A DNA stretch of 64,000 bases from Psilocybe cubensis (Eukaryota), in NCBI GenBank assembly GCA_017499595.2, contig CM039000.1, forward strand, positions 620,001 to 684,000. The letters are read 5' to 3'. The notes under the pieces are model-generated. The model was not told the origin of the DNA and did no database searches. It saw nothing but the letters and a program-made list of their open reading frames with translations. The position numbers and the translations under genes were made by a program. Numbering within the stretch: the first letter of the stretch is position 1; each line of letters begins with the position of its first letter. This document shows positions 38,006 through 51,714 of this stretch, one piece after another.

Positions 38006-39850
38006 TCAGAGCGAGAACCACTGCCTCTTCGCGTGAAGCCTCCTGTGCGCGGTGGTTGCAGCTACTTTCACCTGTGGCTCGGGCTCGGGCGATTTCTTGA
38101 CGAGCACGCCCTCCTCCGGGGAGGGAAGCAAAGCGCGTCTCCTGCGCCTGCTCGAGCGCTTCTGGCAAGACGGGGCGGGGTTGCCGTTGTCGTTGCTGGT
38201 AGAAACAGAAGCAGCGGATGCAGAAGAAGCGGAGGCAGAGGCAGAGGAAGAAGCGCCTGCGGCGAAGTTGGCGGGGGCGGGGCTTGCACCGGTGTTCCCA
38301 CCTGAGTTTGCGTTGTTCGAGCCTGAGCCGTTGTTTGAGTTGGATTTGTTCGAGCCCGAGTTGTTGTTGTTGGAGCCAGAATTGTTGGAACCGGAGTTGC
38401 CTGCGGGAGCACTCGGAGCGCCAGCAAAGATATCGTTCTGCGCGCCTGAAAAGAAGAATCGCAAAAACGCCAAGTCAGCCTCTTACAATCCGAAATAATA
38501 AAAAAATCATTAAAAACAAACCATCAGCGAAACCCAGCTTGGCGTTGTATGCTGGAGACTTGAAGCTGCCTGAAAGGTCGTATCCACTGACAGCGATGTT
38601 GTTGCCCTCGTTCTGGTTCCAGTAAATCATCTGCTTCGAGCCCTTGACGCAGGCACCTGGGTTGCCCTCGCACCACACGGGTGGCTGTGGGGGTGCAATG
38701 GGCGTAGTGCTCTTCGCGCCGGTGACTTTGCACTTGAATGGCTGGTGGTACATGTTCGGCTGGCCGCAGCCGTTCGGGACCCATCCCCACTGTGGAAAGA
38801 GTTAGACGAAAAATGTGAAGTTTGAATAGAAGTCGGCTTACAGCGCAGATGCAGCCTCCTTCAGGGCAGGCGGGCAAGTTGGCCGGGACATCGTAGCTGA
38901 TAACGCGCTTCCAGGGTGTGCTGTGGGGGATTTTATTGATAAGCGTCATTGATTTATTTGCAAGGAATGAAAACCACTCACTTATAACGAACAGTGAACA
39001 CTGCAAGGTTCTGGGGAGTTACTGCCTTGATGTCAGACTAGAAAGTATTTGCAAAGTGAGCGCTAGATATGATTTTGAACGAGAGTTGGGGACTTGCGTT
39101 GTACGAGATTGCGAATGCGGTTCCGGCCGCCATAGACTGATTCTGGGCATGCACTGCACAAAAATGAATCAGCAAAAACGCCAAGAAACGAGGGCCGCTC
39201 ACTGTTTGGGGACGTGATGCATGAAGGGACATTCTGTGAGGCACAGTGGGTTAATTAATCAGTTGCTAGGAATATGGGAAAGACACGCACATAGTCCTCG
39301 GGGTATGTCGCACCGTCTGGCCATTCTGAGGTGTCGCGCCCGTTGTACGCCAGCGTGGTCTTTGCGCGGTTGGAGGCGATCTCGACGGTGAAGCTTCCAC
39401 CAGCAGGACTGAAGTCGGGGTTTAGACGACGGAAATCAAAAATACAGGTGTGTTGGGACTCACAGCTCGAGGAAGTCCCCGTCTGCAGGAGGATATAGGT
39501 CACACTAAGATTGTTTCGCAAGTTTCAGAGAATACTAGGTTAACAATTGCACCAAAAACACACGTTGTTGATATGATGGACTGCAGAGTGTTGTTTAATG
39601 AGATGAACATAGCACAACGGCAAGGCACGTACACCACCAATCCTTAAAGTTGAGCTGGTATAGAGGTGAGACAATCGCATAGGAATTCAAGTCTTGCGCA
39701 GCTTGCGGACCCTATAGAAAGAATGTAGATTCTTCAGCGGTTCTGAACATTTTGAAATGAGGACTACATTCCTTTGTGGAAAGCTGCAAGATGGGCGTTG
39801 GCGCCGCTTAGCCACAAGGCCGCTGTGAGAAGGGTTGCAGCTCGAAACAT
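38006..39850 (-). pseudogene. AA14-like LPMO, copy 4 (haplotype B)
   Basis: Same sequence as copy 2 at offset +22355. Confidence 0.85.
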
Positions 39851-40799
39851 TGACTTCAACTTATTGAGCCGCGTTGAAAAAGAGTGTGGTTGGCCTTGAA
39901 GAAAGTTTGGCGTAAACCGAGCGGGATAGTACAAGCGTAGGTACAGGAAGGGGGAAGGAGTCGTCTGTCCAAGTCGTTGGAGTGAAAAGTTGACAGTCTA
40001 GTTTATAAGCTAATCAGGAAGTGAGCGGATGGATGATACCCTGCGTTCATCATGGAAGAAGGGGAGGCAGACCACCTAAATTGATAGATTACTATTTATG
40101 ATGTGCAGATGTTGCTTTTTCTGGCGAGTTTTTACTCGGTAAAATGTCGAGATCTATTAATAGGCCAAAAAAAGAGCGTAGTCCATGCATTCCAACACCT
40201 TCAATTTATCGTACAAGCAGAGGTTAGCCCCGCCCGAAGGCCAGAATGGGGCGTAACCGGTCTATCTACAGGGAAATCACTCACCGGGTCTCAGTAGCGA
40301 AAATCTGTCAAGGTCACGGGACAAACATCCTACCACAACGACGGGTCATACGTGTTCTTCCCGGGTTGACAATAGGCCTGCCTCACTGATCAGAGGCCCC
40401 GGATGAAGTGCGCGGGTCCACTTCAGAGGTGTCCAACAATAATCGCTAGAGCATACCCCTGTGTTAAAGCTCCCCGGACGCCATTATGTTGTGTCAGAGC
40501 ATAGCGGGCCGAACGGAAATTAGGGTGAGTCCTGCTCGCCGGGTCAAAGCAACGATGTGTCGTGTTTGTCTAACGCCATACTGGGGTGACTCGAGGGTGC
40601 TGGGTGAGGAGTAGGCTGTATCCAGTTCGGCAGACAGCAATACATCTCCAGTTGGGTGGGTGCATAGCACTGCCTCCAAAGAGGCTGGACAACATTGGAT
40701 GAAGGAGGAGATGCGCGTCTTGCCGGACGGCAATACATGGATAAGAGTTGGGTAGATCCTACTCGCCGGAAGACGATATGCTGCATTGGGGCATATGTA

Positions 40800-41083
40800 G
40801 TCGAGACGAGCAAAGGGGAGGGTCCAGCTCTCCGGAAGGCGATACGTTGCGTTGGGGCATACGTTGGTTGCACATGAAGTCGAGACGAGCAAAGGGGAGG
40901 GTCCAGCTCTCCGGAAGGCGATACGTTGCGTTGGGGCATACGTTGGTTGCACATGAAGTCGAGACGAGCAAAGGGGAGGGTCCAGCTCGCCGGAAGGCGA
41001 TACGTTGCGTTAGGGCATACGTTGGTTGCACATGAAGTCGAGACGAGCAAAGGGGAGGGTCCAGCTCGCCGGAAGGCGATACA
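40800..41083. repeat. 79-bp minisatellite, 3 full + 1 partial copies
   Basis: Starts at 40800, 40879, 40958, 41037. Confidence 0.97.
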
Positions 41084-44000
41084 TGGCGTCGGCGCATAGC
41101 TGGATACGTAGTGGGTTAAATCCTGCTTGCCGGAAGACGATGCTTCGCGTTGGAGCATCCGCTGGTTGCACATAGAGTCAAAACAAGCAAAGAGGAGGGC
41201 CCAGCTCGCCGGACGGCAATACATAGCGTCGGAGCGTAGTTGGACAAGGAGTGTGGTGGATCCTGCTCGCCGGAAGACGTCGCATTGCGTTGAAGCATCC
41301 GTTGGTTGCACATGGAGTCCATACAAGTAAAGGGGAGGGTCCAGCTCGCCGGACAGCGATATATCGTGTCGGGGCATTATTTGGTGGTACAGGACTCCTT
41401 GGGACAAGCAAAGCGGGTGGGTTTAGCTCGCCGGACGACGATATGTTGCCTCAGAGCATCTTTAGGCATGCTGGCACTAGCGAATCGCGGGGAAGAAATA
41501 CATTGCGTCGGAGTAATCTGAGTTATGGAAAACAGTTAAGCACATGTCTAGCACTCTGAACAGCAATACACTTACCAATACCACAGCCCTTTATTCTCAA
41601 GGCGAGTATCGATGCATAGCTTCAAGGCGAAACTGATACAAAGTCAGTACATGTTTTCAACACTATATCCAATGTCACATACCTCTTGGTTACCGCGCAT
41701 TCCTTTACCAGCATTCGTCGGACACCCGAATCTCAAATTTGATTCTGCACACATTGTCAGTACTTATAAGTCTTTGAAGCGTATAAAACTTACAAGGTTG
41801 AAACCAGAATACATCGCCCGAGAGACCTAGGTTGATACTAGAGCATGGCATAGACAGAGTGCGATGCCAAGGAGGGTGCATGACGATGAGGAACATCCAC
41901 GACGAGGAGGGTGCACAACAATGGGTGCATGACGAGGAGGGTACGCAAAAAGAAAGGTGTGCAACGAGGGAGGTAACGACGAGGACGGGTACACGTCGAC
42001 GTACATCCAGCATTAGGGCATAATGCACGGCTGGTGTTCATGAAATTCCAGTCCCTCTTTATACTCTTTTTTTACCAAGTTTTCAAGGTCACGTTGTATT
42101 TTCGCTGGCACATCACCTCATTTCTGTAGCTTCATCAATTACACTAGTCTTCGCTTCACTCCAACTTCGTTTACGAAGTGTAAAATTTATTTATTGGAAT
42201 GCCATAATTTGACTCTTAGGAGTCCGGGAATATGAGTGATTCCACTTCCCTGTTGCTCTCCGACTTGAATTCCAAGGCAGAAGATCCTGCTACAAATGTC
42301 CGAAAACTGTCCACATCCACAAATTACATTCCATGCTCGAGCACTGGAACAGCCGCTTTCCATCCTCGTAAACTCGTATTATTGTGCTAGACCCGGAGAT
42401 CCACTTACGCGTAGAAGGCCGTAGTTTTGTTGAACGTTGCTTCACAACATTACGTGCATTTACATCCAACATAACGTCCTGTACCGCTGGCACAACACGC
42501 GCACCCGGCATGCAGGTATTCTGAATTCGACGCGACGCGTCTCATCCACAACGCCAGAAAGCAAAAGACCCTGAACGCGAACGCCCCTAAACGCGAATTG
42601 GTTTCGGATAACAAAGTCAGCTGAACTTGACGCGACGCGTCGGACGCGTGTCAGGGCAGAGCTGAGCTGTTTAATCTAATGACGCACATTTTCGTAACAA
42701 GCGCTGCTTCCTTTGAAACCCGCTTTTGGAATAGTCGCGCTAGCGCCCGATCCGTGTCATCGCGATTCCGGATTCACGATCCTCGATTCAAGCCTAAATT
42801 TAAATCTGGGCAGACCAACATCCAGGCCCACATTTACATAAATGCTTGCTGGAGAGCTTTCTACTATGTCTGGGGGTCATTTTTGATGTAGCGACTGTAA
42901 TTGAAGGTGTTTTCATGGGAGTTAAATGTAACTCTGGCTTGTTTTCAATGTAAATATAACTAAATCTCAAGGTATACTCTACAGAAATTGTTTGTGGGAA
43001 TACCGGTAAGTCAGGTTGCATCTGCATACTCGCTGACTATCTGTAGCACTGTAGAGGTTTGATATACGTGCTTATATTAACATTCATTTCACTCTGCGGC
43101 CAAAAATCCGTCTCTGAACGGATATTTAAATAACTCATGCAGGGGTCACCCGAGCCCCTGTCCCGCTCTTGAATGTAAATTTAAAGTCTAACTGCAGCCT
43201 ATGACATGCTTTACCTCAACAAGGCTAGTGGCTCGGCTGCTCGGAGCCATCACAATGTTCAGCGGAGACTCTGAAGTTTCGGAGGATTGAGAAAAATACA
43301 ATGACGTGGCATTCAAATTCACAGTAGTTTGACCTCCATAAGGCGTCTGTGAGTTGAATAGTGAATAGAAGACAATATGATAAAATCCACTTGTAACTAA
43401 CAGAATAAATTGAAATCTCTTGTGAATTTTCAAGTACTCGTCCTAAAATCGACTGCACGCAATTTCATCCGCAGAATATAGATTACAACAAGCCCACAGG
43501 CAGGGTATGGTGTACCAGTACTGATATATTACCTAGAATAGTCCAAAATCACTCACAGGAAGCAATGACATTTGTTTGACATATAAACCAATGACATTCT
43601 CCTCCTCCCCCGATACGTCATTTTACGTCGTTTCAGTCGTTTCCATTCTATCCGTACCTTATTATAGATTAGCCTAGCACCCTTCGGCTCGCAAATAACG
43701 TTGTGAATCGGTGCTCTAGAGCCCAGAAGAACGTAGTTGATTGGATACAGTGCAGGCGGGTAATAACAATGTGGCATGCGTACCGCGGCCGTTTGCTGCA
43801 TACTCGCCATTTGAGGCGGTTTGGCGGATGCGTATAGGTGTAGTGATGCGTGGTTGAAGAGATGATGCGCCGTGGTGCAAAGAAAAGTCGGCAATTTGGA
43901 GTTGTTCACGTCAAGCCGTGAAATGGTGTAAATCGCGCATTCCCGCAGTTTGAAGAGGTGTAGGGGGGATTTTGTGAGCTGAGGGGCTGGAATAGTATGA

Positions 44001-45615
44001 AATTTAAGTGATGAGTAGTGAAATTTGAGTGCTAAAACCTTGAGAAAAGTTACACATTTCAAAAAATATTAAGCGCCCGAATAGACATCACACTGAATTG
44101 CGTGAACACAGCAATTCCAAAGGCATTCCTCAGGTATCTCTGTATAGCAGCAGATACTACCATACCCCTAATCACTCACATCGTGCATCCCATGTCAACA
44201 ATCCCAAAAAATTCAACAAAATTTTCAACTCACGTACATACCAACATCCTCCCCCTCCCCCGATTCGCGAATACAGCCCATTTCGAACGCCTCCCTTTCT
44301 TCCTGGTCTTTTCCGGCACTAACGGGGACCTGCTCGGCTAGGCTAGGCTGCCGTCACCCGACCTAGAAGGACGGAAATGAAAGCAACCACTGACGGTCTT
44401 CAGCTGAATACACAAATGCAATGATACGTACCGTACAATTCTGCGCGTTTTCCGCGTATTCCTGGCATTTAGGGTGTTTTAATACGTTACCTATGGTGTT
44501 ATGCTGGTGTCTGGGCGTCGGATCGAAGGTTGAAAAGTCGTAAGGTTTGTCTGGTTTCGTATTGCAAGTGTGCTCATGGAGCCGAATGCCCTCATTGTTG
44601 GAATAACGGGTTTACATGGTTTTTCAATGTCAGGTAGCCCCTGAGTGATATGATAGATGCTCTTCAGTATGTGAGTATGTCTGCGAGACTTGTTGAGCTC
44701 GGAGCACGATGGAAAAGGGTGTACTGCGTATCAACTCCAAATAAGCGCCGAGAACGTGCATATCTACATACAGTGCAAAACAACACTACACACACCTCTA
44801 GAAAGATGACAGGGGTAATAATACCTCTCAGCTCTACCCCTCCAAACCATCCACCCCGCGGAACCATCGAAACAGCTGAACCAATCACATCCGAATCTGC
44901 ACCTCCTCTCCCAAATCCGCATTCCACCCCATTCCAACCGCATTTCTTTTCTTCCGGCTTCGGAATCTCACCACCTCGGCTACTCAGAGTCATAACGGCA
45001 GATCAGAAGAAGACAGCGGCGTTCAATTTGTCGCTGTGCAGAAGACGAGTTTTACGGGTGTTGACTACAGAGCAAGTGTCCGCACTCCGGGAGAGCTAGA
45101 ATGTGTCGTTTGTGTGATTATGGGTAGAATACGTATGGGTGGTGAATTGAATGTACGTACTGGTTTCCCCGAGTCGTGAAGCATTTGAAAATTGTGGAAG
45201 ATTTGGTGCTAAAGTTTTGTTATTCGTCGTTCAGGCAATTTTGAGGAAATGGAGTGTATCATGAATCCAGTACTTGTATTGTCCTGGTTTGCGTCTTCAA
45301 GCATTGTAAATCTTTATTCTTTATTGAGTTGAATATAATTCTCTCTTGAGCGCAATGCATCGACATCAGCTCAAACAAACAAATGTACGAAATCATATTT
45401 CACAATACAACACACCCACCCAAAGTTTCACTCACTGCAAACGGAGAAACCACATCCAATCTACAATCTCGACACACACGGACGATCGGACCACAACTCG
45501 CGTAACCCAAATCCGAACCCGCACTAACAAGCGACACCGAAAAAAAAAAAGAATCTGTATATTTCATTATTCGGTCTACTTACGACATGTAACAGGCGTA
45601 CTAGTAACAGCCCCA

Positions 45616-47882
45616 CGCGGGTATATAAAGACCACGCACCTTGCTGGCCTTTCTTCATCCCCTCACCGCCTACTCTCCTCTGCCTCTTCAGCTCTCCTCT
45701 TCTTTTCTCTTCGGGCTTGGATGGCGCGTTCTGGCAGACGGTGAGCCTTCTAGTTCGTTCTCGACGGCGCTGACGTTGTGCACTATATAGGCATTGGTGA
45801 GTGATATTGACACGACGCCGAGGCGATTCTGACGCGTTTCTCATAGGCCCGCGCACCACGATGAAAACACCCCTCCTAACCTTGCCCGTAAAGGTGAGTT
45901 GCACCCACCCAACGATGCGCTGCTACTCACTTTGCTTCTCGCTGCACAGAAAAGTAAGGATTTCCGTGAGTCGGGGCCCCTATGACACGCAGAGCGCTGA
46001 CAACGCACCTTGACAGAATGGCCTCTCGATCCATCCACCTGACGGCGTGGGCTGGTTGATACCGTGAAGGTTGCTGGAAAGGTCCTAGACGGTGTGGACA
46101 CGATAACGACGGTAAGTAGTAGGGCAATAACTAACAGATGCTTTACTGACCCACCTTGAAATTAGATTCCCCGCCCGCCTCTGTCACTGCAAGTTGGATC
46201 CATTGGACTATGAGGGGACATAACATGCCCCCCAAATCCCGCTCCACGGTGAGTGTCGAGAGCGACTGAAAGTGCTTGCTGATTAATCCGACGCTTGCTG
46301 GGGTAGACGACCCTACGCGGGTATAAAGACCACGGGTGTTGCTGGAATTCTTCATCTTTGGGCTTGGATGACGTGTTCGGGCAGACGGTGAGCTTTGTAG
46401 TCGACAGCGCTGACGTTGAGCACACCAGAGCCACCGTTTGAGGCGACGGTGAGTAACATGCACACGATGCCAATGTGATTCTGACGCATTCCTCGTAGAA
46501 GTGCTATAGGTGCGTTGGTCACCGCAGAACGCTGACAACATACCTCGACAGAACACCACCTAGCCTGTCCCGCTCTGCCCAGACCAGCCAACACCGCTTC
46601 TCGCTACACAGACAAGGCATTGCCTACAGAATTTCTGTGAGTCGGGGCCCCTGATACGTAGAAAGCTGACGAAATACCTTGACAGAATGTCTTCTTGATC
46701 CATCCCGCTCCTCTCCCTGGCATAACGATTGACGGCGTGAAAAAAAAGAAGTTTAGATGCGTAACGAACTGCAGAGTACTGACCGTGCCGATTACTCCAT
46801 CCCACACTCTCCTTGTATCCTTTCCCTCTCCGCATTGCCCCATACCACCAATGACCGCGCGCAGCGACACTGTCTTGACGGCCGTCCAGAATGCATGCAG
46901 CTGAGGGGAGAGAGGTAAGCACAATCCCTCGCGGTCAAAAGAATTGTCAACTTACTGACCGGTGATACAAGCTGTTGAAAATTGACATGGCCTGCCCACA
47001 CCATCGATGACCTGCGCTGTGTGCTGGATAGCGCGCAGTGACGCTGTCTTGACGGCCGCCCAGAATGCACACAGCTGAGGGAAAGCGGTAAGCACGGTCC
47101 CTTGAGGTTGAAAGAGTTGTCTACTGACCTGTGACACAAATCGACCCCCTAGGTCCATGGATAGCGAGCAAAGACTCTTGACCGCAAGGTAAGCCGTCGA
47201 TATAATAACCCAACCAACCTATTGACGCACCAATTGACCTCTAGTCGGGCACGACTGTATGCGCGAGCCTTGTTCTTTGAGGCGCAAGGAACCTTGGGTG
47301 TTGGTTAAAGGTATGCCCGCTCAGTTTGTCTGCGAAACTGTCTTGAATGGCGGGCTGAATGCTGCATGCACTGTGGCTTGACGGGGGTGGAAAGACTCTG
47401 CAAGGGTGCTGTCACTGGCTTGGGCATCCATCGCTTGTCCCATGACGGCGGCGTGTCGACGTTGGGATCAACGTTGTTTAGTGATGAGTCTGCGTGCTGC
47501 CACATTCCCCTATACGGACATGCGGCCTCAAGCTGAGATCCAACAACTGAGAAAGTCAAATATAAAAAGACGGACAATAACGTACCTCAGTTTCCCCTAG
47601 ATGCTCACAAATATCAAGGTAGGCGAAGATCGGGGTGTGTGAGTGAGAAGACGAAGCGGGTAATATAGGTGCTGTGGGGATGAGGCGGAGAGTGCAACAT
47701 GTGTCGCCTCCTTCATCTTCCAACGGAAAGGACTTGAGCGCAAGGTGCACGGCGTGACGGTGGTCAAGGAGCTCATCAAAAACGAAGGCCGACTGCCTTC
47801 TTCAAGGGGCTGACGCCAAAGGTATGCCAGTGTCCTACTTAGTTGCAATTCGCCGCATGCACCGCATCGACACAACGTCTAG
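45616..47882 (+). other. Intron-dense unit, copy 5
   Basis: Homologous to copy 1. Confidence 0.55.
47736..47821 (+). pseudogene. GGC1-like exon fragment, copy 5 (frameshifted)
   Basis: Same as 3791-3876. Confidence 0.65.
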
Positions 47883-48862
47883 TGATTACTTGCTAAAACA
47901 GGTATACATACATCTCGTAGTGTAGAGTATGATTCAGGAGCACATGCACAGCTGGTGGGGATAGATAGGGTAGGTAGGTTACTATAGGTGTAGTAGTAGT
48001 ATGTCGGCTGTACACACATGAAAAAAGGTATAAGTGTTAACGTGAATGTGAATCTGGGAAAACAAGGTCATAAAGATGGGAGAAAATTAAATATAGGAAA
48101 TGTGCGGTCGGGTGTGCGTGCACACTATGCAGCAGAGGAGAACACAACAGGCAGAAGGTAGAGGTGGATGATAACGAGGTGAACATGCCGAAGAAGAAGA
48201 AAAAGAGGAGAACAATGCAGAGGAGGGAAAATCGAGAACGAAATTGAAGGAAGACGAAACGAGAATCAAATCAGAACGGCTCGAAATCCAAAATCCAGTT
48301 CCGATTCCAATAGTTTTCTACAACAACTCTACTCTACAAAGATCTTCTACTTTTACAAATTCGTCTTCGACACGTCAACGCGTCGTCGACGATCACCCGC
48401 GTACCGCGCCACCTGCTCTGCAGTGGTCACTCGTCCTCGCACGCACGCGTGCAAGTGCACAAATCAAGCACGACCGGTGAGTCTTTCTACTACATCAAAA
48501 CAAAAAAAAGCAGAAACGGGGGAAAGAAATAGAAAACAAAAGGAGAAAGCGGGAACTGGACTGGACGATATACACGAGGGGCTTGGTGGTGGTGGTGGTG
48601 GTGGTGGCAACAACAGACAGCATCGAGCGCCAGGCGGTCTAGGGATGGACAGAAGGGATCCTCCGAGCATGCATGCACGCGCGTGTGCTCCCCTCCCTCT
48701 CATCCTCCGAGGTGTGATGTTGGCCCGCAAAAAGTGAATAGGTGCGTATGTGGGTGGAAATCAACTCCGGGTATCGGTTACTGAACTAGATGGGAAGGGG
48801 GGGAGGAGACTTGGACAGACATGTATGGTATGCAGGGAGGCACGACGGAAGAAGGAGGGCGC

Positions 48863-50656
48863 TCAGAGTGAGAACCACTGCCTCTTCGCGTGAAGCCTCC
48901 TGTGCGCGGTGGTTGCAGCTACTTTCACCTGTGGCTCGGGCTCGGGCGATTTCTTGACGAGCACGCCCTCCTCCGGGGAGGGAAGCAAAGCGCGTCTCCT
49001 GCGCCTGCTCGAGCGCTTCTGGCAAGACGGGGCGGGGTTGCCGTTGTCGTTGCTGGTAGAAACAGAAGCAGCGGATGCAGAAGAAGCGGAGGCAGAGGCA
49101 GAGGAAGAAGCGCCTGCGGCGAGGTTGGCGGGGGCGGGGCTTGCACCGGTGTTCCCACCTGAGTTTGCGTTGTTCGAGCCTGAGCCGTTGTTTGAGTTGG
49201 GTTTGTTCGAGCCCGAGTTGTTGTTGTTGGAGCCAGAATTGTTGGAACCGGAGTTGCCTGCGGGAGCACTCGGAGCGCCGGCAAAGATATCGTTCTGCGC
49301 GCCTGAAAAGAAGAATCGCAAAAAAACGCCAGGTCAGCCACTTACAATCCGAAATAAAAAAAAAATAATCATTGAAACCAACCATCAGCGAAACCCAGCT
49401 TGGCATTGTATGCTGGAGACTTGAAGCTGCCTGAAAGGTCGTATCCACTGACAGCGATGTTGTTGCCCTCGTTCTGGTTCCAGTAAATCATCTGCTTCGA
49501 GCCCTTGACGCAGGCACCTGGGTTGCCCTCGCACCACACGGGTGGCTGTGGGGGTGCAATGGGCGTAGTGCTCTTCGCGCCGGTGACTTTGCACTTGAAT
49601 GGCTGGTGGTACATGTTCGGCTGGCCGCAGCCGTTCGGGACCCATCCCCACTGTGGAAAGAGTTAGACGAAAAATGTGAAGTTTGAATAGAAGTCGGCTT
49701 ACAGCGCAGATGCAGCCTCCTTCAGGGCAGGCGGGCAAGTTGGCCGGGACATCGTAGCTGATAACGCGCTTCCAGGGTGTGCTGTGGGGGATTTTATTGA
49801 TAAGCGTCATTGATTTATTTGCAAGGAATGAAAACCACTCACTTATAACGAACAGTGAACACTGCAAGGTTCTGGGGAGTTACTGCCTTGATGTCAGACT
49901 AGAAAGTATTTGCAAAGTGAGCGCTAGATATGATTTTGAACGAGAGTTGGGGACTTGCGTTGTACGAGATTGCGAATGCGGTTCCGGCCGCCATAGACTG
50001 ATTCTGGGCATGCACTGCACAAAAATGAATCAGCAAAAACGCCAAGAAACGAGGGCCGCTCACTGTTTGGGGACGTGATGCATGAAGGGACATTCTGTGA
50101 GGCACAGTGGGTTAATTAATCAGTTGCTAGGAATATGGGAAAGACACGCACATAGTCCTCGGGGTATGTCGCACCGTCTGGCCATTCTGAGGTGTCGCGC
50201 CCGTTGTACGCCAGCGTGGTCTTTGCGCGGTTGGAGGCGATCTCGACGGTGAAGCTTCCACCAGCAGGACTGAAGTCGGGGTTTAGACGACGGAAATCAA
50301 AAATACAGGTGTGTTGGGACTCACAGCTCGAGGAAGTCCCCGTCTGCAGGAGGATATAGGTCACACTAGGTTAACAATTGCGTTGTTGATATGATGGACT
50401 GCAGAGTGTTGTTTAATGAGATGAACATAGCACAACGGCAAAACACGTACACCACCAATCCTTAAAGTTGAGCTGGACAATCGCGTAGGAATTCAAGTCT
50501 TGCGCAGCTTGCGGACCCTATAGAAAGAATGTAGATTCTTCAGCGGTTCTGAACATTTTGAAATGAGGACTACATTCCTTTGTGGAAAGCTGCAAGATGG
50601 GCGTTGGCGCCGCTTAGCCACAAGGCCGCTGTGAGAAGGGTTGCAGCTCGAAACAT
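48863..50656 (-). pseudogene. AA14-like LPMO, copy 5 (haplotype A)
   Basis: Same sequence as copy 1 at offset +43945. Confidence 0.85.
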
Positions 50657-51538
50657 TGACTTGAACTTGTTGAGCCGCGTTGAAAAAGAGTGTGGTTGGC
50701 CTTGAAGAAAGTTTGGCGTAAACCGAGCGGGATGGTACAGGAAGGAGTCGTACAAGTCGTTGGAGTGAAAAGTTGACAGTCTAGTTTATAAGCTAATCAG
50801 GAAGTGAGCGGATGGATGATACCCTGCGTTCATCATGGAAGAAGGGGAGGCAGACCACCTAAATTGATAGATTACTATTTATGATGTGCAGATGTTGCTT
50901 TTTCTGGCGAGTTTTTTCTCGGTAAAATGTCGAGATCTATTAATAGGCCAAAAAAAGAGCGTAGTCCATGCATTCCAACACCTTCAATTTATCGTACAAG
51001 CAGAGGTTAGCCCCGCCCGAAGGCCAGAATGGGGCGTAACCGGTCTATCTACAGGGAAATCACTCACCGGCGAAAATCTGTCAAGGTCACGGGACAAACA
51101 TCCTACCACAACGACGGGTCATACGTGTTCTTCCCGGGTTGACAATAGGCCCGCCTACGTCGTGTTAGAGGGTTCAAGGGCCCCGCGCGGGTCCACTTCA
51201 GAGGTGTCCAACAATAATCGCTAGAGCATACCCCTGCGTCAAAGCTCCCCGGACGCCATTATGTTGTGTCAGAGCATAGCGGGGTGACTCGAGGGTGCTG
51301 AACGGAAATTAGGGTGAGTCCTGCTCGCCGGGTCAAAGCAACGATGTGTCGTGTTTGTCTAACGCCATACTGGTGCTGGGTGAGGAGTAGGCTGTATCCA
51401 GTTCGGCAGACAGCAATACATCTCCAGTTGGGTGGGTGCATAGCACTGCCTCCAAAGAGGCTGGACAACATTGGATGAAGGAGGAGATGCGCGTCTTGCC
51501 GGACAGCAATACATGGATAAGAGTTGGGTAGATCCTAC

Positions 51539-51714
51539 TCGCCGGAAGACGATACGTTGCGTTGGGGCATATGTTGGTGGCACATAAAGTCGACACGAGC
51601 AAAGGGGAGAATTGAGCTCGCCGGAAGGCGATACGTTGCGTTGGGGCATACGTTGGTTGCACATGAAGTCGAGACGAGCAAAGGGGAGGGTCCAGCTCGC
51701 CGGAAGGCGATACA
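51539..51714. repeat. 79-bp minisatellite, about 2 diverged copies
   Basis: Repeat heads at 51589 and 51668, preceded by a repeat tail. Confidence 0.85.

Larger units (their letters stand above)
32862..43945. repeat. Array unit 4 (11084 bp), haplotype B with a variant tail
   Basis: Marker spacing; distinct SNPs and indels from ~43196. Confidence 0.95.
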
